Shown: one piece after another, positions 1-12,325 of the stretch
Layout of the letters: each line of letters starts with the position of its first letter
Numbering within the stretch: position 1 is the stretch's first letter
Assembly: GCF_009914755.1 (NCBI RefSeq)
Contig: NC_060947.1
Direction: 5' to 3' (one strand)
Length of the DNA stretch: 64,000 bases
Source: the human T2T-CHM13v2.0 reference genome, Homo sapiens
Notes under the pieces: model-generated
Databases searched by the model: none
What the model was told of the DNA's origin: nothing
The model's input: only the letters and a program-made list of their open reading frames with translations
Program-made: the position numbers and the translations under genes

Positions 1-130
1 CTCTTACTCTTCCACTGTCATGTGACTTACTAAACTTCCCAATGTGTCAGTTTCCACATCTATAAAATGAATTCTTACATGTAAAATACTAGTACTTAGT
101 AAGCACTCCACAGGCATTATCTGTTATTCT
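1..130 (+). mobile_element. MIR fragment (SINE)
   Basis: MIR core-like text 'tgtgacttactaaacttcccaatgtgtcagtttccacatctataaaatga'; boundaries approximate. Confidence 0.55.
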
Positions 131-537
131 AGCAATAATTATTCAGTTGTGGCAATGGCATTTTTAAATAGATCATCAATGGAAAAGTCCTTTTAGACAG
201 TTCCCTTTTTTCATGTGTCCAGCGTTTGAACTCTCAAATAAATTATCTTCTATGATACTAGTCTTAGATGAATGTCTTTTAGTCAGGCTAGAGTAACTCT
301 TGCTTTACAGGGCAAGGCAAATACATCAAGACATTGAAATTAGGCTTAAGCAAACATTATGGTTTACGACTCAAATTAACCAATCTTTGTTAGTATATTT
401 TATTGATGAATCCACTTCTCATTTTCCCAGGCCCCATGGACAGTTGTTACAAATGCAGACTTCTCTAGGGCTTTACTGTTTTTGACCTTGGTAAACCTAT
501 GTGTTTTGCCTCAAGTTGGTGGGCAGTTTTCATATGC

Positions 538-557
538 TGTGTGTGTGTGTGTGTGTG
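538..557. repeat. (TG)n microsatellite
   Basis: About 10 TG units read directly. Confidence 0.9.
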
Positions 558-692
558 ATGCTTTTAAAAGAATTAGTCAAGTTATACAACTTTCGTAGAG
601 GATCCTCTGTTGATAATAATTGGGAAGGGGTAGGTTTCTGGAGCACTTATTTGGTTTATTTGGTTTAGCTCACAGACAAGAAAACAAGAAGC

Positions 693-1065
<373 letters not shown>

Positions 1066-1550
1066 TTAAGGTGAATATGGGAAAAGTTAACTTTATTACC
1101 AGGAAGTAAGCAATCAATGTTTGAAAAATGCTGTATTAAAGTTTGAGTAGTAGTATAATATGCCAATTATTATTATAAAATGACAACTGTCTCCAAACTG
1201 GAGTATTAAAGCATAATTTAAAACCATTAGTTTCTCTACCTAAGTAATGTAGCTTACATATCTACCTTAATTTTGGAACTGAAGTATTTTGGCTCTTTAT
1301 GAATAGTCATTATGTCCTTCTGCAGTGTTCCAGAGGAACACTGCCTTCCAAAGTCTGGCCACCTGCATGAGGATATCCTCAGCTGAGAGTTTGAACAGAT
1401 GAACATGTGGCACATCTAATAGAGAGGTGTAATGTTTCACCAAGAAGAAGAGCTGGTTGTCATGAGTTAGTCCTGCAGAGAGCGGGAGATTTCAGAGTGG
1501 CCAACAGCAGTATGAGTAGTTAGAGGCTCAGTTAGAGTATCAGGGAAAGC

Positions 1551-1790
1551 AGCATTATGTAGTAGTTAAAAGCAAAGCCTCTAGAGTAAAACAGACCCGG
1601 ATTCAAGTATTACTTCTACCACTCATTTTCTGTGCATAACCTTAAGCAAGTTGCTCAACATTTCAGAATCTCAGTCTCCTCCTCTCTAAAGGAAAGGTGA
1701 TGATAATGAACTTAAATCATTGGGGGCTGTTATGAGGATTAAATGAGCTTATGCATGAACGCTCTTTGCACAGTAACACTAAGTGATAGT
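1551..1790 (+). mobile_element. MIR (SINE)
   Basis: 'gtagttaaaagcaaagcctctagag...accttaagcaagttgctcaac...tctcagtctcctc...gttatgaggattaaatgag' follows the MIR consensus order. Confidence 0.8.
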
Positions 1791-1939
1791 TATTAATCCT
1801 CCACCAGTATCACCCTGTCTAGGCAAGCCCCTGGAAAAATCCTACTAATTCTGTAAGGATTATCTCCAAACTTTTCTTCATGCCCTGGTGATACTTTGAA
1901 CCTCTCTTATGGCACTTTTCCTGTTTTTCTGTTTCTTAC

Positions 1940-2080
1940 AATTATAAATATACTTGCCTAATCTCTTCCTGCTAGACTGAAAGTAACTTGAGGGTAGAGA
2001 TATTGTGTATGTGTCTCCCACAAAGACTAACAGAAAATCTTGCATAAGGTAGGCACTTAATACTTACTGAGCTGAATTAA
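1940..2080 (+). mobile_element. L2 3' tail fragment
   Basis: 'ctagactgaaagtaacttgagggtagaga...gtaggcacttaatacttactgagctgaat' is a typical L2 3' end. Confidence 0.65.
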
Positions 2081-2371
2081 ATTGCACTAGTTTATATTTA
2101 AAATATACTTACCAATAAGTACTATCAGTTGGTGTCATGTTATGACACTGCCATTGGCCTTTACTTTCCTTCTTTCCAGAGGTCTATCATTTGTCCTGCA
2201 GTGATAGTTCAAGATTATCTGCCATAGAAGTGAGTTGGGAGTTCATAGAGTTTCCAGAAAGTCTTTTCCTGTAACACTCACAGAAAGTCATAGAGACCAA
2301 AATGGCAATAAGTACTGCTGGGTCAATTCAGTAAATATGTATTGAAGGCTTGTTGTATGTAAGAGATTGTG

Positions 2372-2784
<413 letters not shown>

Positions 2785-2932
2785 TTATTTTTTGTTTCTT
2801 GGCTAGTGAAGGAGGCTTCAAGAAGTTCCAAGTCTTGGTGGCTAATTATGTGGACATATCTTATGGCTTTGGAGGGGGTGAGGACTGCTTACGGACCTTA
2901 AAAGATCTGGTAAATATATATATATATAGGAA

Positions 2933-3120
2933 CAGTGGTTTTCTCAATCTTGGCTGCTCTTTGGAAACAACTTGGAGGGGGATGGATTAAAAATAGTGAT
3001 AACTGGGTCCCAATCCTTAGACATTCTGATGTAATTGGTGTAGGTTACACTTTGGACACTGGGATTGTTCTTAATTGCCCCAGGTGACTGAGATGCACAG
3101 CTGCAGCTGAAAATCACGGC
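2933..3120. mobile_element. MER5A-like hAT-Charlie DNA transposon (MITE)
   Basis: 'cagtggttttctcaatcttggctgc...ttctgatgtaattgg...ccccaggtgactgagatgcacagc...tgaaaatcac'; about 190 bp with degenerate TIRs. Confidence 0.75.
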
Positions 3121-3492
3121 TTCAGAGTTGTGTTTCTGAGGGAGCCTCAAGTGGTTATTTAGTTCTTGTTTATACCCTGGCTGAGTAAGATAACAGTTAG
3201 TCCATCCATTTATATCAAGGACATTCCCTGCTATAATTTGGTAAGCTATTTCTTGGAGGGAAAAATACTTTTTTGTCATTGTTGCAATTTTTACTGCCTT
3301 TATTCATTTCTCAAACGGGAATAATTGACGATTAAGATGTGTAATGGACAATTTTTACAGCAAAGTGAGGAGGTGACTGGAGACCATATGTTGCCTACGA
3401 ACAGAGCCTACAGCAAACGTTGAAGAGAGAAATACTTTTTAATAACAGACTCCAATCACTTATTCATTTATTTAGAAAACATTAAAAAGGAC

Positions 3493-3928
3493 TATATTAA
3501 TTTCCTATTGTTGCCGTAACAAGTTACCACAAACTTAGTGGATTAAAACAACACATTTATTATCTAATAGTTCTGAAGGTCAGAACGCCTAAAATCAAAG
3601 TGTTGGATACTGCATTCTTTCTGATGGCTCTAGGGAATAATTTGTTTCCTTGCCTCTTCTAGCTTCCAGAGGCTACTCATGTTCCTTGGCACAAGGCTGC
3701 ATCACTTCCACCTCTCTGTTGTCACATCTTCTCTGACTCTTGCCTTCCTCTTACAAGGACTCTTGTGATTACAGTGGACCCACTTGGGTAATCTAGGATA
3801 ATTTGGCAATTTCACCTTTCTTAATCACATCTGTAAAATTCCTTTGGACATGTAAGGTAGCATATTCATAGATTCCAGGGATTAGAATGTGGGCTTCTTT
3901 TGGGGAGGTCCTCATTCAGCCTCCCACA
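3493..3928 (-). mobile_element. MLT1 (MaLR) solo LTR
   Basis: Begins 'tatattaatttcctattgttgccgtaacaagttaccacaaacttagtgg' and ends 'attcagcctcccaca', the reverse complement of the MLT1 start TGTGGTAGGCTGAAT. Confidence 0.85.
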
Positions 3929-3949
3929 GGGATTAAAGATGACACTGGT

Positions 3950-4205
3950 ACTATGACTGCTAATATTTACTTATGTCCTCTATAACACATCACAAATACC
4001 TAAAGATTATTTATTGTGGGCCAGGCCCTGTGATAAATGCATTAATGCCACTATCTCAGTTGAACTTATGACGTGGACATTATTAATATCCCCATATTTT
4101 GTATGAGAAAACTGAGGTGCATAGAGATTGTGATTTGCTCAAACTCACATAACAACTAAGTGGTGAAGTCAGATTTCAAACCCACGTGAGTCTGAGTTCA
4201 GTGCC
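3950..4205 (-). mobile_element. MIR (SINE)
   Basis: 'cccatattttgtatgagaaaactgaggtgcatagag...gatttgctcaaactcacataac...atttcaaaccc' is the antisense MIR core. Confidence 0.75.
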
Positions 4206-4259
4206 CTAATCATCATCAAAGATTACATTTTCTAGTACTCTTGACTTTAAGGGCTTAGG

Positions 4260-6740
4260 TATTCATTCCATAGATAAGGTAGTTGTTCGAGTGTGTATCA
4301 AACATCACACTACAGGTACAGTAGTGAACAAGATGAGGTTCCTGCCTGACATCTTGGAGCTCACATTCTCGAGGAGTATATAGCAAAGTATTCAGAGAAA
4401 CAAATAATGTTAGGTAGTGGTAAGTGCTGCAAGGCAAATTAAAGCCGGGTACAGGGATACAAAATGACAGGAAGTGAGGATGCCCCATTGAGCTATTGTA
4501 AATAAAGTAGTCAGAGGAACCTTCTAAGAAGAGATTATTGTGTTCATGGATGAGAATACCCAATTTTAAGATGGCATTTCTCCTCCAACTGATCTACAGC
4601 TTCAACACAATCCCTCAAAATCCCAGGTGGATTTTTTTTTTTTGCAGAAATTGATAAGGTGACCCTAAAATAAATATTTGAATACAAAGGGCCCAGAATA
4701 TCCAAAACAAACTTGTAAAGAATTTAGGGGAATCATGTTTCCCAATTTCAAAACTCACTATCAAGCTATATTAATAGATAGTGTGGTACTTGCATAAGGA
4801 TAGACATATAGATAAGTGGAATAGAATTGAGCCCAGAAATAATCCCATGTGTCTATGGCCAATTGATTTTCATTAAAGGTGCCAAAACAATTTAATGGGA
4901 TAAAGAATCATCTTTTCAGCAAATGGTGCTGAGATAACGTGATACCCACATGTAAAAATTGGACCCTTACTTCATACCATACATATAATTATGTAAAGAG
5001 CAAAAACTATAAAATTCTTAAAAGAAAACATAAATGTAAATGTTGTTATTTGGGTTAGACAATGCCTTTTTAGATAGAACACCAAAAGTACAAACAAACA
5101 ATCAAATTATATATATATGTATATATATATGCATATATATTTTTTTTCTAAATTAAAAACTTTAGTGTTCCAGAAGAAACTCAAGTAAGTGAAATAACCC
5201 ATAGAATAGGAAAACGTATTTGCAAATCATACTGTTTGTAAGGAGTCTGAGATCCAGAATATATAAAGGACTCTTATAACTCAGTGATTAGAAGACAGAT
5301 AACCCAATTAAATTATCCAGTCTATCATTGATGGGAATTTGGGTTGTTTCCACACCTTTGTTATTGTGAATAGTGCTGCAATGCACATATTTTTCTCCAA
5401 CCAGAGATTAAAATAGCTACATCTTACTTGTTTTGTTTGTTTCTTTAAACCATCTTACTACAAGGAAAGGATCAACAGAAGCTGGGTCTCTGTGAGAAAT
5501 CCCATGTCATTATAATTCCTGATCCTGTATATTAAAATGATATACTTCACAAAAAAATAGACAAAGGATTTGAATAAACATTTCTCCAAAGAAGATATTC
5601 AAATGACCATATGAGAGAAAGCCTCACATCCTTAGTCATTAGGAAAATGCAAACAAAACCACAATGAGAAGCCACTTTATACTCACCAGGATAGCCATAA
5701 TAGAAAAAAATGAAAAATAAGTGTTGTGAATGTGGAGAAATCAGTACCTTCAAACATTATTTGTGGAAACGTAAAGTAGTCCAGTCACTTTGGAAAAGAG
5801 TTTGACAATTCCTCCAAAAGACGAAACTGATTTATCATGTGCCCTAGCAATTCCACATATTGATATCTACTAAAGAGAAATGAAAATATATATCCACAAA
5901 AATATTTACATGTGAATGTTCACAGCAGGATTAATCATAATAGCCAAGAAGCAGAAAAAATCTCAATGCTCATCACCTGACAGATGGTTAAACAAAATAT
6001 AGTATATCCGTACAATGGAATAATATTCAACAGTGGGCAGGATGAACCTTAAAACATTATGCTAAGTGAAAGAAGCTAGATGTAAGAAACCACATGTTGT
6101 ATGATTCTATGTATATGAAATGTTCAGAACAGGAACAGAAGGTAGATTAATGTTTGACTAGTACTGTGTGTAAGAATAGGGAGGACTGCAAATGTGCATG
6201 AGGGATCTTTTTAAAGTAATGGAAATGTTATAAAATTGGATTGTGATGAGAGTTGTACAACTTCAAATTTACTAAAACTTATTAAATTATACTATTAAAG
6301 CTAGTGAACTTTATAGTACATATAACTCAACAAGGCTGTTAAAGAGGAAAAAAGGTGATATTTGAGCATACAAATGAATGACAAGAAGGACAAGCCATGC
6401 CAAGAATCTGGGTGAAAAAATTATAGGAAGAAAGAACAGCAAGCAAAAAAGTCCTAGGCAGGAGTGTTCTTAGAGTTTTTGAAGAATAGTAAAAAATGCC
6501 ACTGCATGTGTGATAGTAGTAGGAGATGAGGTCAGAGAAGAGTCAGGAGATCTGATCGTGAAAGGCCTTGTAAGCAAATATAAAGATTTCCAAGTTTTAC
6601 TGTATGTGTGATGATAGCCATAACAGGGTTTTGAGCAGAGGAGTGATGTCATCTGCTTTGTTTTTAAAGGTAACTCTCACTGCTGTGTATTGAAAAAGCT
6701 ATAGTGGAAGCACTTAGGAGTACATTGCCATGTTTCTGGG
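4260..6740 (-). mobile_element. L2 fragment (4260-4535 and 6350-6740) split by an L1M insertion
   Basis: Antisense L2 text 'ttcattcc...gtgaacaagatgaggttcctgcctgacatcttggagctcacattct' resumes after the L1 as 'ggtgatatttgagc...gggttttgagcagaggagtgatgtcatctg'. Confidence 0.7.
4545..6345 (+). mobile_element. Old L1M (L1MB/MC-type), 3' ORF2 plus 3' UTR
   Basis: Degenerate ORF2 end ('gaatagaattgagcccagaaataatccc', 'catttctccaaagaagatattcaaatgacc') and L1M 3' UTR ('gatgaaccttaaaacattatgctaagtgaaagaagc'). Confidence 0.85.
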
Positions 6741-6899
6741 GTATAAATTGAGCAAACAAAAAATGTTTTATGGGAGTAATAATTGAGTAAGAAAGTTCAG
6801 GCTGTTGAGTTAATTAAGCTCGAGTACTGATTGGGCACCCAGTATTGCTCAGCATTTCGTTAGGTTCTATACCAAGACTTTGTCTCTGATATTTAGAAT

Positions 6900-7020
6900 T
6901 TAAGGGCTATGAAGACAGGGACAGAGTCTTCCTTGTTCACTGCTGTATCCTTAGCTCCTAGAGTTGCACCTGGTAGGTGATCAAGAAATACTCATTACAT
7001 GATTGAATAAATGAATGTAG
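6900..7020 (+). mobile_element. L2 3' tail
   Basis: 'atgaagacagggacagagtcttccttgttcactgctgtatcc...ttgaataaatgaatg'. Confidence 0.7.
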
Positions 7021-7243
7021 GAGCTTTAGAACGTAAATCATACAGTGTTTTTATTTTATTCCAATGAGTTGCCAATATTTAAAAGTCAAGAAATTCCATA
7101 TAAGGATAAGAATGTTCAGCTTTTATGGTGATATTGGAGCTCTATTTCTGCATCCATTTAGAGGAGATATGCACTGACCAGTTTCAACAGTTCCCACTCA
7201 GCCAGTTTACTCATATATATTACCTATCTCATCTGTATAAGCA

Positions 7244-7294
7244 TCATGGGACTTCTCAGCCTTCCTAATCACATGAGCGAATTCCTTCTAATAA

Positions 7295-7386
<92 letters not shown>

Positions 7387-7446
7387 ATCTATCTATCTGT
7401 CTATATGCTATTTATTCTATTTCTCTGGATAACCTTCACTAATTCA
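7244..7446 (+). mobile_element. MLT2 (ERVL) LTR 3' fragment containing a (TCTA)n tract
   Basis: 'gggacttctcagccttcctaatcacatgagcgaattccttctaataaat...tatttctctggataaccttcactaattca' matches the MLT2 3' end. Confidence 0.75.
7297..7400. repeat. (TCTA/CTAT)n tetranucleotide STR
   Basis: About 100 bp of interrupted CTAT units read directly. Confidence 0.95.
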
Positions 7447-7449
7447 AAG

Positions 7450-8880
7450 ACATTTTGTTTATCCATTTGTCTATAAGTGGAAATTAGGGTTGCTTCTACT
7501 TCTTGGCTATTGTGAATAAAACTGCTATGAACATAGGTATACAAATATGTCTTTGAGACTCTGCTTTTGATTTTTTTTGTATATACACCCAAAAGTGAGA
7601 TTACTAAATTATGTGGTGTATTATTTTTGATTTTGGGCAGAACTTTCATGCTGTTTTCCGTAAGGCTTGTACCACTGTTGGTGTACAGTCCTACCAGCAG
7701 TGCACAGGGGTTCCAATTTCTCTGCATCCTGACCAATACATGTTATTTTCTGCTTTTCTTTTGATAGTAGATATTTTAATAGGTGAGGTGATATTTCATT
7801 TTGGTTCTAATTTGAATCTCTCTGATGATTAGTGGTGTTGAACATCTTTCCATATGCTTATTAGTCATTTGTTTATCATCTTTGGAGAAATGTTTATTCA
7901 AGTCAGTTGCCCATTTGTATTTCACATTTTGTTGCTGAGTTGCAGGAATTTTTTATGGATTCTGAATATTAACCTTTTATCTGATATTTTATTTGTAAAT
8001 ATTTTATCCCATTTTATAAGTTGCCTTTTCAGTCTTTGGATCATGTCCTTTGATACATAAGTTTTTAAGTATGATGTACTTCCATTTGTCCATTTTTGTT
8101 TTGATTTCCTATGCTTTTGGTGACATATCCAAGAAATCATTGTCAAGTTCAATGTCATGAAACTTTCCCCCAGTGTTTTTTTTAGGAATTTTATAATTTT
8201 GGGTCGTTAGGTCTTTGATCCATTTTGAATTAATTTTTGTATATGGTGTAAGATAAGGGTCCAGTTTTATTCTTCTTCATGTGGTTATTCAGTTTCCCTA
8301 ATGCCATTTGTTGAGGAGACTGTCCTTTCCTCATTGAGTGGTCTTGGCACCCCTGGCAAATATCGTTTAACCATATATGTAACAGTTTATTTCTTGGCTT
8401 TCTATTGTGTTACATTGGTATATTTTTCTGTCTTTATGCCAGTACTACAGTGTTTTTATCACTGTAACCTATATTAAGGTTTGAAATCAGGAACTGTGAA
8501 GCTTCCAAATTTGTTGTTCTTCTCGAAAATGGCTTTGACTATTCAGGGTCCCTTGAGATTCCACATGAATTTTAGGAAGAATTTTTCTATTTCTGCAAAA
8601 ACTACTGTTGGGATTTTTATAAGGATTGCATTGAATCTGTAGATTGCTTTGAGTAGTAGTGGCTTCTTAACAATATTAAGTCTTCCAGTCTATGAACACA
8701 AGATGTGTTTCCATTTATTTGTGTTTTCATTATTTTCTTTCAGCCATGTTTGGTATTTTTCAGTGCACATGTCTTGTGCCTCCTTGGTTAGGTTTATCCT
8801 TAAGTATTTTATTATTGTTGATGCTATTGTAAATGGAATTGTTTCTTTAATTTCCTTTTTCAGATTATTCATTGTTAATT
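7450..8880 (-). mobile_element. L1MA/MB-type fragment (3' ORF2)
   Basis: Antisense ORF2 remnants, e.g. ORF 8690-8872 'KETIPFTIASTIIKYLRINLTKEAQDM'. Confidence 0.85.
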
Positions 8881-8999
8881 GCTTGGTGATTTTTTTAAAG
8901 TTTAGTTTATAATTATGTAACTTTGGAGGTTGATAATGAGAAAATCACAGAATATTTCTATGCAGAATATTATTAAATTTATCAATTTTGGGAATAATA

Positions 9000-9190
9000 A
9001 TGGCACATAATGAGGCTTTACTTTGTTCCAGGCATTAAGTGTTTATCATAAACTCATTTAATTTATAACAACCCTATAAAGTGTGCACTATTACTATTCT
9101 CATTTAACAGATGAGAAAATTAATGCATAGAGAAATTAAATAACTTTTTCAAGATTACACATCCAGGAAGCTTTAGATGCAGGAATAGAA
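9000..9190 (-). mobile_element. MIR (SINE)
   Basis: 'aactcatttaatttataacaaccctataaag...catttaacagatgagaaaat...aagattacac'. Confidence 0.7.
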
Positions 9191-11409
9191 AAATAAAAAC
9201 ATATTATGTTTAGCCAGATAAAATAAATTAGCTTATAATAATTTGACACTTACTCCTTTGACTGGGTCTTGGGAATACTAAGACCACTTAGTATTGCTCC
9301 ACTTCTGATGTAACAGATGTAAGAGAAAAAGATCAGCTAAGATCTGGCTCTTGTTCTCATGAACAGACATGCAGTATGAATAGAAGAAACTTTGAATACC
9401 AGCCATGGAATAGGACTATTTAAAAGCATATTTCATTTCAGATGATGCTATGAGACTCAGCTTAACTTGCTCATTATTTCCTTTATAAGAAGTCAGGTAA
9501 TATAAACTGGGTTGGGCAGTGGGGGGAGTGAGACACTGTTGCAGCATCAACCAAGGCCTGCTACAAGAGGTTTTATACCTTTAATCAGTCATATTTTATC
9601 TGAAGAAGGACTCTCAGGCTGTGAGAATTTCTCCTTGGATTCAGAAATGAGAAAATGGGGGATGGGTAATTTTTGCTATTTTCTTTTCTTTTTGTTCCCT
9701 ATACCCAAATAAATGGGCCTTTTCAATTTTTAAATCCCTGGTTAAGCATATTTTTACTGTTATAAATGCATGGAGATATGCTTCATTCAATCAGAATGCC
9801 CTGCCTGGTGGAATAGACAGAATAGAAATGGAATGACTAAAAATTACTGAAAGTAGTCTAGAACATCTTGCAACAGCAAATGAATTACTTGTTACAAATA
9901 TTATAGAGAGGATTTAAGCACTGATTAGAGAGTAGGAATAGATAAGGTTCTTGTCAACTCTAAGAAAATATAATTAAATACATTCATAGAAGAGAGACGG
10001 TTTGGGCACACCCACCACTGTCCCTTCTGGTGCATGCATCAGGCAGACCTGCAGTCACACACATGTGCTCAGACCCACCACTGCCCCACTGACATGCACA
10101 TGTGTGAGGACCCCTGCCACCCTACTGATGCACATGTGCAAGGGGGCTCACCACTGTCCTGCCAGAGCTCTTTTGCCAACAGACTCCATCAGACTGTTGT
10201 TGCTGCAGGACTGGGAAACCCTGGCCCCACCAGTGCAGCTGGTGCTTAACCTCAAGGAAGCAGAGAAAAAAGCTGTAGGCCAGGTCCCAGTCCCTCAGGG
10301 TAAGAGTATGCAGTCCAAAAGTGCTGAGCTAAGCCTTGGCTCCATGAAAGTATCTAGAAATGAAGCCAATAGACTAAAACCAAATTATACCACATTCAAA
10401 CCCTCAAGAGTATGGAAGAATATACAAATAAAAAGCCACATCCAAAACACAGCAACTTTGAAGATTAAAGAAACATCAGGCCACACAGATGATAGAGAAC
10501 CAGTGCTAGAACTCTGGCAACTCTAAAAACCGAGTGTCTTCTTACCTCCAAATGACTACACTAGCTCTCCAGCAATGGTTCTTAACCAGACTGAAATGAC
10601 AGACATACAGTACAGAATCTGGATGGCAAAGAAGCTCATCAAGATAGAGGAGAAGGTTGAAACCCATTCTAAGGAACACAGTAAAATGGTCCAGGAGTTG
10701 AAAGATGATGTAGCTATTTTAAGAAAGAACCAAACAATTTTAGGAAGTAAAGAACTCACTACAGAAATTTTAGAATGCAATTGGAAGCACTAATAATAAA
10801 ATAGACCAAGCCGAGGAAAAAATCTCAGAGCTCAAAGGCTGCTCCTTCAAATCAATGCAGTCAGAATAAAAAAAGAATAAAAATGAATGAAACCTCCAAG
10901 AAATATGGGATTATGTAAAGAGACCAAACCTGTGACATATTGCATTCTTGAAAGAGATGAAGACAGAGCAAGCAACTTGGAAAACATATTTCAGGATACG
11001 GTCCATGAAATTTTTTCCAACTTCATTGGAGAGATTGAAATGCAAATTTAGGAAAATGCAAAAAAAAAAAACTTTGCAAATTACTATAGGAGATGACCAT
11101 TCCTAAGACACATAGTCATCAGATGCTCCAGTTAACATGAAAGAAAAAAATCACAAACGCAACTAGAAAGAAGGGGCAGGTCATGTACAAAGGGAACCCC
11201 ATTAAGCTAACTTAAGTGAGTCTTTCAGCAGAGACTTGCAAGCCAGAAGACATTGGAGGCCTATAAGCATCACTAAAGAAAAGAAATTTCTACCAAGAAT
11301 CTCATATCCTGCCAAACTAAGCTTCATAAGTGGAGAAATAAGATTCTTTTCATACAAGCAAGTGATAGGAGAATTCAGTACCACAAAACTTGCCTCTGAA
11401 GAAGTCCTT

Positions 11410-11845
11410 GGCTGGGTGCAGTGGCTCACGCCTGTAATCCCAGCATTTTGGGAGGCTGAGGTGGGTGGATCACCTGAGGTCAGGAGTTCAAAACCAGCCT
11501 GACCAACATGGAGAAACCCCGTCTCTACTAAAAATACAAAATTAGCCAGGTGTGGTGGTGCACGCCTATAATCTCAGCTACTCGGGAGGCAGAGGCAGGA
11601 AAATCACGTGATCACAGGGGCAGAGGTTGCGGTGAGCCAAGAGCATGCCATTTCACTCCTGCCTGGGCAACAAGAGTGAAACTCTGTCAAAAAAAGAAAA
11701 GGAAGAAGAAAAGGAAGAGGAAGAGGAGAAGGAGGAGGAAAGAAGAAGGAGGAGGAGGAGGAGAAGAAGGAGAAGGAGAAAAAAAGAAGAAGGAGAAGGA
11801 GAAAAGAAGAAGAAGGAGAAGGAGAAGGAGAAGAAGAAGAAGAAA
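11410..11845 (+). mobile_element. AluSp-like element with expanded polypurine tail
   Basis: 'cctgaccaacatggagaaacccc' is Sp-type; tail about 11688-11845 of GAA/GAG/GGA units; degenerate TSD GAAGAAGTCCTT (11398-11409) / GAAGAAGCTCTT (11846-11857). Confidence 0.93.
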
Positions 11846-12325
11846 GAAGAAGCTCTTAAGGGAGTGCTAAATGTGGAAATGGAATACCAGTATGTGGCAC
11901 CACAAAAACACACTTAAGTACATATCCCAATGACACTGTAGAGGAACTATGCAATCAAGTCTACATAACAACCAACTAACAACATGATAACAGGACCAAT
12001 TTCTCACATATCAGACTAACCTTGAAATTACAGTGGCTTAATGCCCAACTTAAAAGGCACAGAGTATCAAGCCGGATAAAGAAGCTAGACACAACTGTAT
12101 GCTGTCTTCAAGAGACCCATCTCATATGAAATGACACCCATAGGTTCAATGTAAGGGAATGGAGATAGGTTTATCAGGAAAACAGAAAGCAAAAGAGAGT
12201 AGGGGTTGTTATTCTTATTTCAGACCAAATAGACTTTAAACCAACGATTAAAAAAAAAGAAAAGCAATACATGATGATAAAGGTTCAATTCATTCAATTC
12301 AACAAGACTTAACAATTCTAAATAT

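Noticed and set aside
11550-11917. Lys/Arg/Glu-rich ORFs
   Set aside because: Translation artefacts of the polypurine Alu tail.
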